Assembly (NCBI GenBank): GCA_046316515.1 | Contig: JBKDAC010000464.1 | Location: forward strand, 1-40,296 | Reading direction: 5' to 3' | Length of the DNA: 40,296 nucleotides | Source of the DNA: Sandaracinobacter sp. | GTDB taxonomy: Bacteria > Pseudomonadota > Alphaproteobacteria > Sphingomonadales > Sphingomonadaceae | In this document: positions 13,045-26,591 of the stretch, in pieces | Layout: every line of letters starts with the position of its first letter | Numbering within the stretch: the first letter of the stretch is position 1 | Made by a program: the position numbers and the translations under genes | Notes under the pieces: generated by a model | Told to the model about the DNA's origin: nothing | The model's database searches: none | The model's input: only the letters and a program-made list of their open reading frames with translations

Positions 13045-13851
13045 TCATAGCCAGAAGGCGATGGCGTCGGCGAGGTGGACTGCGGATAAGAAGTTTCGGG
13101 CGAGCTTATTGTAGCGGGTGGCCACGCGGCGGAAGTCCTTGAGACGGCAGAACATGGCCTCGACCCGCCAGCGGTCTTTGTAGCGCCGCTCGTCGTACTG
13201 GATCGGCCGCTTGCGGTTGCGGCGGCCGGGGATGACCGGGATGGTGTCCTGGGCCTATGGTGTCCTGGGCCTATGGTGTCATGGGCCTATGGTGTCATGG
13301 GCCTTGAGCGTGGCGCGCAGCTTGTTGGCGTCATAGCCGCGGTCGGCGATCAGCCGCCTGCATCGGACGGCATCGGCGACGAGCAGATCGGCGCCCCGGA
13401 TGTCGGAGGTGTTGCCCGGTGTCAGGACGAGGCGGAGTGGCCGCCCGATGACGTCCACGAGCGCATGGACCTTGGTTGTACGACCGCCCCGAGAGACGCC
13501 GATGGCGTTTTTTCGCCCCCCCCCTTTTGCCCCACCGGCGCACTGGTGGACCTTGATGTAGCTGCTGTCGATTTGGGCGGTTTCGGCGATCCATCCCTCC
13601 TCGGTCAGCGCCGAGAGGATGCGGGTCCAGATGCCCCGCCGGCTCCACCGGTTCCAACGGTTGTAGACCGTCGTCGTAGGGCCATACTCAGGCGGCACAT
13701 CGGCCCAGCGGCAGCCGCTCTTCAGCACGTGGATGATGCCCGAGATTACCCGCCGGTCGTCCACCCGCCGCGCCCCGGGCTGGTTCTGCGGCAGATGCGG
13801 CGCGATTGCGGCCCACGCTTCATCGGACAACCAGAACAGCGATCGCGACAT
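13045..13851 (-). pseudogene. IS5-family DDE transposase interrupted by a tandem repeat
   Basis: WLSDEAW...DDRRVISGI...GCRW...YGP..TVYNR, IDSS, SRGGRTTKVH, ADRGYD; premature TGA at 13279; the C-terminal part IPGRRNRK...RWRVEAMFCRLKDFRRVATRY continues in frame to TGA at 13045. Confidence 0.9.
13241..13304. repeat. 4 x 16 bp tandem repeat
   Basis: ATGGTGTCCTGGGCCT x2 followed by ATGGTGTCATGGGCCT x2. Confidence 0.95.
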
Positions 13852-14055
13852 CCAGGAGACTCCTCGTCAATAGGAGACCCACTGAATCAGCACATCCACC
13901 AGGAAACAAGAGGCTGATTGGGTATGGACCTAAGGCCATAATGGCCGCAGGGAAGCCCATTTTTCCGCCACTATGCCGTTAACTTTTGGCCGTATGCGTT
14001 ATGGCCGCAACCCCTGTTGCTGGTGCATATCGTGCTTGAAAAATGACCGCGTGGT

Positions 14056-14202
14056 TGGGTGACCGCCATCGGCTTGCGGTCCGAAGACTACGGCACATAT
14101 TCACTGCGCAGGACGAAGCCGTCGATCATCTACAAGCGCACCGGTAACCTTCGCGCGGTTCAGATTCTTCTGGGCCCCGCCAAGATGGAGACAACAACGT
14201 GA
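14056..14202 (+). pseudogene. Tyrosine recombinase/integrase C-terminal remnant
   Basis: WVTAIGLRSEDYGTYSLRRTKPSIIYKRTGNLRAVQILLGPAKMETTT*; matches the HSLRR...GNLRAVQILLGH...Y box II pattern, with both His residues substituted and a stop before the catalytic Tyr. Confidence 0.8.
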
Positions 14203-14322
14203 GCGATGCTACACTGAGGGGTTGGCCCATTGCAGATATAAGCAACTATTTAACTCACCGGGCACAATGCACATGCGTCAATGGAATAACAGGGAATGCG
14301 AAACGCCCTGCTCACTTGCCCC

Positions 14323-16649
<2,327 letters not shown>

Positions 16650-16694
16650 GAACCCCGCCTAGCGCCGCGGCGGGCCCGCCGCTAGGGTGCAGCG

Positions 16695-17081
16695 ATGGAA
16701 CTGAGGGAGCGCGCCAGGCAGGCTTCACACCGGTTGCGACGGGATGCTCACATGCTGTGGCTTGCCGCACGCGACGGTCGGACTCCCCTGCCCGCCAAGC
16801 TGGTCGCCGGACTGGTCGCCGCCTATGTCCTGTCGCCCATCGACCTGATTCCGGATTTCGTGCCGATCCTGGGCCTGCTGGACGAGCTGGTCATCGTGCC
16901 GCTGGGCCTGTTCGTGGCAGTCCGGCTGGTCCCCGCCGGCTTGATGGACGAGTTCCGGGCACAGGCCGACACGGCAGTCGAACAGCCGGTCAGCCGCACG
17001 GGGGCGGCCCTAATCATCCTGATCTGGGCTGGAATTGGCGCCTTTCTGTCGCTGCAGCTCTGGGCCCTGAGATACTGGTAG
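16695..17081 (+). CDS. YkvA/DUF1232 family membrane protein
   Basis: YVLSPIDLIPDFVPILGLLDE signature. Confidence 0.9.
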   Translation: MELRERARQASHRLRRDAHMLWLAARDGRTPLPAKLVAGLVAAYVLSPIDLIPDFVPILGLLDELVIVPLGLFVAVRLVPAGLMDEFRAQADTAVEQPVSRTGAALIILIWAGIGAFLSLQLWALRYW

Positions 17082-17092
17082 GAGAAACGCCT

Positions 17093-17404
17093 GTGGCCGA
17101 CGACAAGCCCGAGGAGCAGATCGAGCTGGATCCGGTGGTTGTCGTCGCGCGGATCACCACGCTTGAGATGCTGGTGCGGCAAATGATGGTGGTGCAGCTG
17201 CGCCTTCTGGCCGAGCGCGGGCATATCGAGCTGACGCCGGCCTATGTGCAGAGCCTGGCGAATGCCTATGCCGAAAAGGTGGACGAATCCACCATTATCG
17301 AGAGCAATTCGGCCGACGTGAACTATGCCTTCAAGCTGAATGTGCTGCACCAGATGGAGCGATTCTTCGACGAGATTGGGGCCCATCTGAAGGAAAATCC
17401 CTGA
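17093..17404 (+). CDS. Hypothetical protein (103 aa, helical)
   Basis: AGGAG RBS then GTG at 17093; MADDKPEEQIELDPVVVVARITTLEMLVRQ...; host-like codon usage; 11 bp downstream of the YkvA-family gene. Confidence 0.75.
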   Translation: MADDKPEEQIELDPVVVVARITTLEMLVRQMMVVQLRLLAERGHIELTPAYVQSLANAYAEKVDESTIIESNSADVNYAFKLNVLHQMERFFDEIGAHLKENP

Positions 17405-17530
17405 CCGGCTTCTGCATTACGAACATCACAACCGCCATGCATGCCGGCCGGGGAGGAATGGCGGGGCTTTCCAGCCGCAGATGCCGCTGCTAGAGGGCGC
17501 TTCCCACGCCCATACCCGGCTGTTTCGCGG

Positions 17531-17604
17531 GGCCCGATGGCGGAGTGGTGACGCAGAGGACTGCAAATCCTTGCACGCCGGTTCGATTCCGGCTCGGGCC
17601 TCCA
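17531..17604 (+). tRNA. tRNA-Cys(GCA)
   Basis: GGCCCGA/TCGGGCC acceptor stem, GAGGA-CTGCAAA-TCCTT anticodon arm, GGTTCGATTCC T arm, encoded CCA. Confidence 0.97.
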
Positions 17605-17667
17605 TTTGCCGGATTTTCCCTCGCTTGGATTCCCTTCCCCGCTGATGCGACCGCCTGCACGCTGCGC

Positions 17668-17711
17668 GCGGCCATCCCGCAACAGCCGCGCGGGCATCCC
17701 GCAACAGCCGC
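17668..17711. repeat. 2 x 22 bp tandem repeat downstream of tRNA-Cys
   Basis: GCGGCCATCCCGCAACAGCCGC / GCGGGCATCCCGCAACAGCCGC, 21 of 22 identical. Confidence 0.85.
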
Positions 17712-17782
17712 ACGTGCACACCGCGTTCGGCGGCATTCCACAGCGCTTCGAACAGCAGCAGCCCCGCCTGCCCGGCAGCCAG

Positions 17783-18403
17783 TCAATTGGCCCGTTCCAA
17801 TCCTGAGGCGGCGATGGCTGCCTGGTGGATTGCGGCCATTTCGGGTGCCCCCTTCCCCACCAGCCAGCTTCCGCCGACGCACAGCACCGCCTCTTCGGCC
17901 AGCCATTCGGGCGCCGAAGCGAGAGTGATGCCACCGGTCGGGCAGAAACGGGCCTGCCGGAATGGCGCAGCCAATGCCCTCAGGGCCTTCAGGCCGCCGG
18001 CTGCTTCTGCCGGAAAGAATTTGAAGCGATCGAGGCCAAGGTCCAGGCCGCGCATGATGTCGCCTGCGGTCGCGACGCCGGGGAGAAAGGGAATCTCCCG
18101 GTCGCGGGCGCTGTGGGCGAGCTTTTCGGTTAGCCCGGGCGAAACGATGAATTCGGCGCCCGCCGCGATTGCGGCATCGAGATCGCGGCAATTGAGGACA
18201 GTGCCGGCGCCCACGATGGCACCGGGAACCTGCTTCATTGCCTGGATCACGTCCAGCGCGGCCGCCGTGCGAAGCGTAACCTCCAGAACCCTGAGACCAC
18301 CCGACACCAGAGCTTCGGCAATCGGAATGGCATGTGCCACATGATCCACCACCAGCGCCGGAATGACCGGGCTGGTCCGCATGATCGTCTCGATAGGCTT
18401 CAT
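17783..18403 (-). CDS. eda: KDPG/KHG aldolase
   Basis: SPVIP, LEVTLRT, VGAGTV, FIVSPG, KFFPAEAAGG, FCPTGGI; start overlaps the glk stop. Confidence 0.96.
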   Translation of the reverse strand: MKPIETIMRTSPVIPALVVDHVAHAIPIAEALVSGGLRVLEVTLRTAAALDVIQAMKQVPGAIVGAGTVLNCRDLDAAIAAGAEFIVSPGLTEKLAHSARDREIPFLPGVATAGDIMRGLDLGLDRFKFFPAEAAGGLKALRALAAPFRQARFCPTGGITLASAPEWLAEEAVLCVGGSWLVGKGAPEMAAIHQAAIAASGLERAN

Positions 18404-19364
18404 GACTCCCCCGCGGCAAAGAAGGCGGCTGCCGCGCCCAGAAGGCCCGGCTCCGGATGTGTGATCCTGAGGATTGGAAGCTCCGCCATACGGGCCTCGA
18501 ACCGGCCCTTCGCCATGAAACGGGCGTGAAACCCCGACATCGGCAGCAGATGCTGCACGCGCGGCAGCATGCCGCCGGCCATCACCACGGCATCGGCCCC
18601 CTGGGCCAGCGCCAGGTCGCCGACAATGCTGCCCAGTGCCAGGCACCAGCGATCAAAGGCCGCCTCGGCCAGAGGGTCCTTCTCGACCAGGGCGGCTTCC
18701 CACAGGGCCTTGTCGTCGCGCGCGGGCACCGCCCGGCCCTCGATCACGGCCAGCGCCGAAAGGATGTTGGCTAGCCCGGGGCCCGCCACGACGCGCTCCA
18801 CCGATACGCGGCGGAAGCGGGCGCGCAGATGGCCGAGCAGCATGTCCTCCAGGCTGTCGAGCGGGGCAAAATCGACATGCCCGCCTTCGGTCGCAATGAC
18901 CCGCGGCTGCGCGCCCGTCAGCAGAATTGCCACGCCAAGGCCGGTGCCCGGGCCGATGACGCTGACGACGCCGTTGGCTGGCAGGTTGCGGCCCGGGCCG
19001 GCCAGATGGGCGAGATCGTCGGGCCCGCAGACGGCGACGGCATGGGCGACCGCCGCGAAGTCATTCACCAGCAGCGCGGAGTCCAGCCCCAGCCGCTCAG
19101 CCGTCATCGCCGGGCGGATCACCCAGGGATTGTTGGTCAACTTCAGCAGCTCGCCCTCGACCGGCGCTGCCACCGCGATCGCCGCATGGCGCGGAACAGG
19201 GCGGCCCAGCCCCTCGCGATAGGCCTCGAATGCGGTCTGCAGGCTGGCGTGGTTCGCGACCGTCAGCTTGGTGGCATCGGATAAGGTGATACGCCCATCA
19301 CCATGGCGCGTCGCGATCGCGAACCGGCAGTGGGTCCCGCCGATATCTGCTGCCACCAGCTCCA

Positions 19365-19365
<1 letters not shown>
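18400..19365 (-). CDS. glk: Glucokinase
   Basis: ADIGGTHCRF, LTNNPW, LVNDF, GPGTGLG, TEGGH. Confidence 0.95.
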
Positions 19366-21200
<1,835 letters not shown>

Positions 21201-21222
21201 GGGGTCACTCGTTTCTGCCCGG

Positions 21223-21924
21223 TCACGGGCACCAGTGGATGTCGATGGCCTGCGACGTGTCGGCGAGCAGACGCCCGATGGGGTATTTCGATCCGGCGCC
21301 GTCTTTCAGCGCCTTTTCCAGCACCTTGCGCTTGTCGGCGCCAGTGATCTGGATCAGCACTGCGCGCGCCGACACGATGGCGGATTTCGTCAGGGTGACG
21401 CGCGCGACGGGCGCTTCGGGCGGCAGCGGATCGGGGGTGACACCGACCGCCCGGTGGGGGGCGGTCAGGGCGGTGTCGAGGTCGGGGCCGGGGAAGATGG
21501 AGGCGGTGTGACCATCAGCGCCCATGCCCAGCCAGACAAAATCGAGCGGCCAGTGCACGGCCTGCAGGCGGGCGTCGGCGGCCTTGCCGGCCTCTGCCAC
21601 GGGAAGGTCGCCGCCGGTCAGCGGCAGCACGCGGGCGCCCAGCGGCAGGAAGCGTTCAGCGAGCATGCGGACGTTGGACAGCTTGTCCTGCACCGGCACA
21701 AGGCGATCATCGGTGGGGACAATGGTGACGTCCTTCCACTTGAGCTTTGCCTTCTTCAGCAGATCGAGCGCGGCAAGCGGCGTGTTGCCGCCCGGGAAGG
21801 CCACGATCGCGTCGCCGCGCGCATCCAGAGCGCTTTCGATCACGAACTGCGCATCGCCGGCAACGGCTTCGGCCAGCTCTTCGGCCGAGTCATAGTCCCA
21901 CCATTCCGCTTCGATCATTGACAT
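21223..21924 (-). CDS. pgl: 6-phosphogluconolactonase
   Basis: [33 protein letters not shown]; lies between zwf and edd. Confidence 0.95.
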   Translation of the reverse strand: MSMIEAEWWDYDSAEELAEAVAGDAQFVIESALDARGDAIVAFPGGNTPLAALDLLKKAKLKWKDVTIVPTDDRLVPVQDKLSNVRMLAERFLPLGARVLPLTGGDLPVAEAGKAADARLQAVHWPLDFVWLGMGADGHTASIFPGPDLDTALTAPHRAVGVTPDPLPPEAPVARVTLTKSAIVSARAVLIQITGADKRKVLEKALKDGAGSKYPIGRLLADTSQAIDIHWCP

Positions 21925-21945
21925 CTCTCCTTCGAAGCGGGGCGC

Positions 21946-23406
21946 TTAATCATTCCAGCTGGCATTGTCGCGCTCGATCAGCGCGATTGCGGCGGACGGG
22001 CCCCAGCTGCCGGCGGTGTAGGGGCGCGGGTCCTGGCTGTTTTCGGCCCAGCCCTTGCGAATGCCGTCGACGAAGGCCCATTGGGCCTCGACCTCGTCGC
22101 GGCGGACGAACAGGGTCTGGCGGCCCTCGATGAGGTTCAAGAGCAGCTGTTCATAGGCGATGCGGCGACGGGTGTCGGCAAAGGCGTCCTGGGCGGCGAT
22201 GTCGAGCGCGACCGGGCGGAGCGAGATGCCGCCGCGCGACAGGCCGGGCACCTTGGACATCAGCTGCAGCTGGATATTCTCTTGCGGTTGCAGGCTGATG
22301 AGAAGGCGGTTGGGCTGAAGGCCCTTCACGCTGTCGCCGAAGATGGAGTGGGGCACGTCCTTGAAGGCGATCAGGATTTCGGACTTGCGGGCAGCAAGGC
22401 GCTTGCCGGTGCGCAGGTAGAAGGGCACGCCCTTCCAGCGCCAGTTGTCCACATGGGCCTTCAGCGCGACGAAGGTTTCGGTGCCCGACGCGCGGCCGAG
22501 CTCGTCGGCATAGCCCTTGACGGCCACGCCGCCGACGGCGCCCGCCGCATATTGGCCCGTCACGCTGTGGGTGGCGACGGAGCGGCCGTCGATGGGGCGG
22601 AGCGAGTTCAGCACCTTCACCTTCTCGTCGCGCACCGCGTTTGCCGAGAAGTGGCTGGGCGGTTCCATCGCGACGAGGGCGAGGAGCTGGAGCATGTGGT
22701 TCTGCACCATATCGCGCAGCGCACCGGCACTGTCGTAGAAATCGACCCGGCCCTCAAGCCCGACGGTTTCGGCGACCGTGATCTGGACATGGCGGATCCA
22801 GTCGGAGCGCCATTGCGGTTCGAAGAGGACGTTGGCAATGCGCAGCGCCATCAGGTTCTGGACCGTTTCCTTGCCCAGATAATGGTCGATGCGGAAGATC
22901 TGCTGCTCGGTGAAGGCGGCGGCGACGGCGTCGTTGATTTCGGCCGAGGAGGCAAGATCGGTGCCGAGCGGCTTTTCGAGGCCGATGCGGACATTGGGGC
23001 CGGCGAGGCCTGCGCCGGCGAGGCCCTGGATCGTCGCCTTGAACAGCGAGGGGGCGGTCGACAGGAAGATGCTGATCGACTGGTCTTCCGGGCAATCGCC
23101 CGTGCCGCAGGCGGCCTGGGCCAGGCGGCGGTAACCCGACATGTCGGTGGCATCGAGCTGCACATAGCTGAGCTGGCGCAGGAAGGCCTCGGCGCGGGCG
23201 GCATCCCCCAGGCCGGCGGCCACATGGGGGGCGAGCGCCTCGGACGCCATGGCGCGGAAGGCGGCATCATCCAGTTGCGAGCGGGCGGTGCCGACGATGC
23301 GGACGTCGCCGGCCAGCAGCCCGTCAATCGACAGGCCATAGAGCGAGGGCAGCAGCATGCGGCGCGACAGGTCGCCCGTGACACCGAAGAGAAGAACGGC
23401 AGTCAT
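21946..23406 (-). CDS. zwf: Glucose-6-phosphate 1-dehydrogenase
   Basis: FGVTGDLS, EKPLG, RIDHYLGKE, DMVQNH, RWKGVPFYLRTGK. Confidence 0.97.
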   Translation of the reverse strand: MTAVLLFGVTGDLSRRMLLPSLYGLSIDGLLAGDVRIVGTARSQLDDAAFRAMASEALAPHVAAGLGDAARAEAFLRQLSYVQLDATDMSGYRRLAQAACGTGDCPEDQSISIFLSTAPSLFKATIQGLAGAGLAGPNVRIGLEKPLGTDLASSAEINDAVAAAFTEQQIFRIDHYLGKETVQNLMALRIANVLFEPQWRSDWIRHVQITVAETVGLEGRVDFYDSAGALRDMVQNHMLQLLALVAMEPPSHFSANAVRDEKVKVLNSLRPIDGRSVATHSVTGQYAAGAVGGVAVKGYADELGRASGTETFVALKAHVDNWRWKGVPFYLRTGKRLAARKSEILIAFKDVPHSIFGDSVKGLQPNRLLISLQPQENIQLQLMSKVPGLSRGGISLRPVALDIAAQDAFADTRRRIAYEQLLLNLIEGRQTLFVRRDEVEAQWAFVDGIRKGWAENSQDPRPYTAGSWGPSAAIALIERDNASWND

Positions 23407-23477
23407 GTGGCAGTCCTAGCAACAGACGGCGACAAGGCCAGCCTTGAATATGATTGCATTCGCCTGCCGGGCCACAG

Positions 23478-23843
23478 CTAAAGCGCGCGGAAGCGGATGG
23501 CGAGGCCGCCGCCGGGACCCATCCGTACCGGCATACGGTCGGCCACAGTGACCGTACGGCGGCTGATGGCGATACGGGCGCGCGCATTGGTGCGGAAATC
23601 GGAGTCGGGCCCATCGGCATTTATCTGTGCCTCGTAGCGGCGGCCAGGCTCAAGGAAGCCCAGCGGCAGGTCGAAGCGGCGTTCCGTGTCGTCGGTACCG
23701 GCGAGCTGATGGGTTTCGGCCCAGTCCGCGGGCACATCCATGATGAATTTGAACGCATCAGGATGCTTCGCGTAATTCTCTGTCAGGTCGGCCGCCATCT
23801 GGATGGGGCTGTAGATCAGCACATGAAGCGCGAGCTGGCGGGC
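23478..23843 (-). pseudogene. Glycoside hydrolase family 97 C-terminal remnant
   Basis: ARQLALHVLIYSPIQMAADLTENY...FKFIMDVPADW...LGFLEPGRRYEAQI.ADG...PGGGLAIRF is the GH97 C-terminus; the N-terminal part is absent and there is an apparent internal deletion. Confidence 0.8.
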
Positions 23844-24141
23844 CCGCCTATCCAGCCGAGCCGCCGCCCACCACCAGCACATGGCGGATCCACCGGTCGT
23901 GTGCATGTGCCGCTTCGTCGCGCATTCCCGTTCCGCCCGCCTTGTTGTCTGCCCCCCTTTTGCCGCCGCACCGGGTGCGCGGCAATGGCTGCGCGCTGCC
24001 GCACCCCCTGTGAGGGGCTTGTTGCTGCCTGTCCTTCCATCAGCAGATGTTGCGAGCAGCGCGGGGCTTGGGTAACAGACGACCATATTCGGCCGTAACT
24101 TGCCCGGCTGCACCGCTTGTACTTTCAAGGGACCCGACGCT

Positions 24142-24807
24142 TTGGCATCCGCCTTTTCCGCCTCTCCGCTCGCTGCACGCGAAGCCATGATCGACAGTCA
24201 GCTGAAGCCCTGCGGCGTGGTCTCGCCGCGCACGGTCTCGGCCTTCTTTGCCGTGGCGCGCGAGGATTTCGTGCCCCAGGTCCGCCGGGCGTTGGCCTAT
24301 GTCGATGCGCCTCAGCCGCTTGGTGGCGGTCGCGAGCTGCTGGCGCCGCTGAGCCTGGGCCTGCTGGTGGAGAATGCCGCCGTCCAGCCCGGCGAACGAG
24401 CGCTGGTGGTGGGGGCCGGCACCGGCTATTCGGCGGCGATTCTGGCCCATATGGGGGCAAAGGTTACCGCGCTCGAATCCGACTCTGCGCTTGCCGAAGC
24501 CGCCCGTGGGGTGCTTGGCAGCAACCCGAACATCCAGGGCGTCGAAGGCCCGCTGGAAGGCGGAGCACCTGCGGGTGCGCCCTACGACCTCATCCTCATC
24601 GACGGGGCAGTCGAACTGCTGCCCCCCGATTTGATCGCCCAGCTGGCCGAGGGGGGCCGACTGGTTGCGATCCAACATGGCAGCGATGGTGTCAGCCGCG
24701 CCGCCAGAGGCCTCAAGCGCGCGGGGATCGTGCCGCTGGAGCCCTTTGGCGAAGCGGCGGCCAGCATCCTGCCGCCCTTCCGGAGGGCCCCTGCCTTCCG
24801 TTTCTGA
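24142..24807 (+). CDS. pcm: Protein-L-isoaspartate O-methyltransferase family
   Basis: AREAMIDSQL, VAREDFVP, AYVD, LVVGAGTGYSAA, YDLILIDGAV; pcm-tolC-popZ-valS order. TTG start tentative. Confidence 0.88.
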   Translation: MASAFSASPLAAREAMIDSQLKPCGVVSPRTVSAFFAVAREDFVPQVRRALAYVDAPQPLGGGRELLAPLSLGLLVENAAVQPGERALVVGAGTGYSAAILAHMGAKVTALESDSALAEAARGVLGSNPNIQGVEGPLEGGAPAGAPYDLILIDGAVELLPPDLIAQLAEGGRLVAIQHGSDGVSRAARGLKRAGIVPLEPFGEAAASILPPFRRAPAFRF

Positions 24808-24817
24808 AAGCCCCCTT

Positions 24818-26200
24818 ATGCGATACCTTTTCCTGATCGCCGCTGCCGTCATTGCGGTGCCCGCTTTTGCTGAAACCCTGCCGGACGCCATCGCGGCGGC
24901 CTATTCCGCCAACCCACAGGTGGCGGCCGCCCGCGCGCAGCTGCGGCAACTGGACGAAGGCGTGCCGATCGCCTGGGCAAGCAAGCTGCCTTCGGTGAAC
25001 ACGCGCCTGCTCTTTGCCCAGGATCTCAGCCCTTCGTTCGGCAATTTGGGTCAGACCTGGCAGGCCGGCGTCTCCATCAACCAGGCGATCTGGCAAGGTG
25101 GCCGGCTGCGCAGCAACGTGGCCATCGCGACCGCCCGGGTGGAGGCGGCGCGCGCACGCCTGATTGCGCAGGAATATCGGGTGATCGTGCAGACCGTGAC
25201 CGCCTATGCGGATGTGCTGCGCACGGCCGAATCCGTCCGCCTGAACGCAAATCAGGTAAAGGTGCTGCAGCAGCAGCTGCGCGCGTCGCGCGACCGGTTC
25301 GAAGTGGGCGACCTGACGCGCACCGACGTGGCGCAGTCCGAAGCGCGGCTGGCGGCGGCCGAAGCGAACCTGATGGTCGCCCGGGGGCAGGAAGTGCAGG
25401 CCCAGCAGGCGTTCGAGCGGCTTGTGGGTCGGCCGCCCAAGGATCTGGCCCCCCTGCCCGCGCCCCCGCCGCAGCCCGCCAACATGGACGAGGCGCGCGA
25501 GATGGCGCTGAGCACCAACCCCGACCTGACGGCCGCGCGGCTGGACGAGAAGGTGGCTGAGGGCGATGTGCGCCTTGCCAAGCAACAGCGGGCACCATCC
25601 GTTGGGGTCGAAGCGCAAGGTGCCTATACCCGCGCGACGGGTCCCTTCTTCGGCATCTCGGGCTTTGTGCCGCGGCTGCAGGTGACGGCGACGATGCCGC
25701 TGTACACGGGCGGGCTGATCGCTGCGCAGGTGCGCCAGGCCAAGGCGCGGGAAAGCGAGACGCTGGAGCTGATCGACCAGACCGAGCGCGTGGTCGCCGA
25801 AAGTGCGTCGAACAGCTGGATCCAGCTGAAGACCTCGGAGGCGGTGATCCAATCTGCCAAGACGGCCGTGGGGGCCAATGCGCTCGCATCCGAAGGGGTG
25901 CGGCGCGAGAATGAGGTCGGCAGCCGGGATATTCTGGACGTGCTGAACGCCGAGCAGGAGCTGCTGAACGCGCGCGTGACGCTCGTTCAGGCTGAGCGGG
26001 ACCGCTATGTCGCGATCTACCAGCTGCTGGAGACAATCGGCCGGCTGGAGCTGGTGCTGGAGGGGGTCGGCGTCGGCCGCTACGATCCAACGGAGAATTT
26101 CCGCAAGGTGAAGGGCGATAACTGGCGGGAATTCGCCTATGGGCCAGATCCGCAAGAGGGCCGGGTGAAGAACCAGGCGCCGCTTCTGGGGCCGAAATGA
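24818..26200 (+). CDS. TolC family outer membrane protein
   Basis: Signal peptide, AETL..AI..AY..NP, RDRFEVGDLTRTDVAQSEAR, VGSRDILDVLNAEQEL. Confidence 0.93.
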   Translation: MRYLFLIAAAVIAVPAFAETLPDAIAAAYSANPQVAAARAQLRQLDEGVPIAWASKLPSVNTRLLFAQDLSPSFGNLGQTWQAGVSINQAIWQGGRLRSNVAIATARVEAARARLIAQEYRVIVQTVTAYADVLRTAESVRLNANQVKVLQQQLRASRDRFEVGDLTRTDVAQSEARLAAAEANLMVARGQEVQAQQAFERLVGRPPKDLAPLPAPPPQPANMDEAREMALSTNPDLTAARLDEKVAEGDVRLAKQQRAPSVGVEAQGAYTRATGPFFGISGFVPRLQVTATMPLYTGGLIAAQVRQAKARESETLELIDQTERVVAESASNSWIQLKTSEAVIQSAKTAVGANALASEGVRRENEVGSRDILDVLNAEQELLNARVTLVQAERDRYVAIYQLLETIGRLELVLEGVGVGRYDPTENFRKVKGDNWREFAYGPDPQEGRVKNQAPLLGPK

Positions 26201-26239
26201 TGGGCAAGCCCAGACCGGGATGCTAAGGAGGGGGCGACA

Positions 26240-26533
26240 ATGACTCGCAAGACTCTGGACCCGAACCTAGCCTCCATCCTCGACTCCATTCGCGCGACAG
26301 TGGGCGGGGAGGCGCTGGCCCAGCCCGAGCCCGGGCCGGCCGTGAAGCAGGCGGAGCCGGACCCCGACGATGCCAAGCCCGTCGCACCGCTGCCGACAGG
26401 CAGCCGCACGGTCGAGGAATTCCTGGCCGAACTGATCCGCCCGCAGCTGAATGCCTGGCTGAAGGCCAACCTGCCCGAGCTGATCCAGAAGATGGCCGCC
26501 GAGGAGATTGCGCGTCTGACAGACCGCGAATAG
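26240..26533 (+). CDS. popZ: Polar organizing protein PopZ (DUF2497), unusually short
   Basis: N-terminal ILDSIR helix, Pro/Glu/Asp linker, C-terminal [37 protein letters not shown]; sits between the TolC-family gene and valS. Confidence 0.85.
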   Translation: MTRKTLDPNLASILDSIRATVGGEALAQPEPGPAVKQAEPDPDDAKPVAPLPTGSRTVEEFLAELIRPQLNAWLKANLPELIQKMAAEEIARLTDRE

Positions 26534-26591
26534 GGCGCGCCTGTCCCTTCTGTCTTTTCAGGCGCAGCTGCTGCGGCTAAGCCCCGCCGCC

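Larger units (their letters stand above)
13031..13930 (-). mobile_element. IS5-family insertion sequence (IS427-like), inactivated
   Basis: Imperfect terminal inverted repeats GGGTCCAGACTC / GGTCCATACCC, TA duplication at 13029-13030 and 13931-13932, transposase inside. Confidence 0.9.

Noticed and set aside
13241-13304. Possible CRISPR array
   Set aside because: The 16-bp units are contiguous with no spacers, lie inside a transposase, and no cas genes are present.
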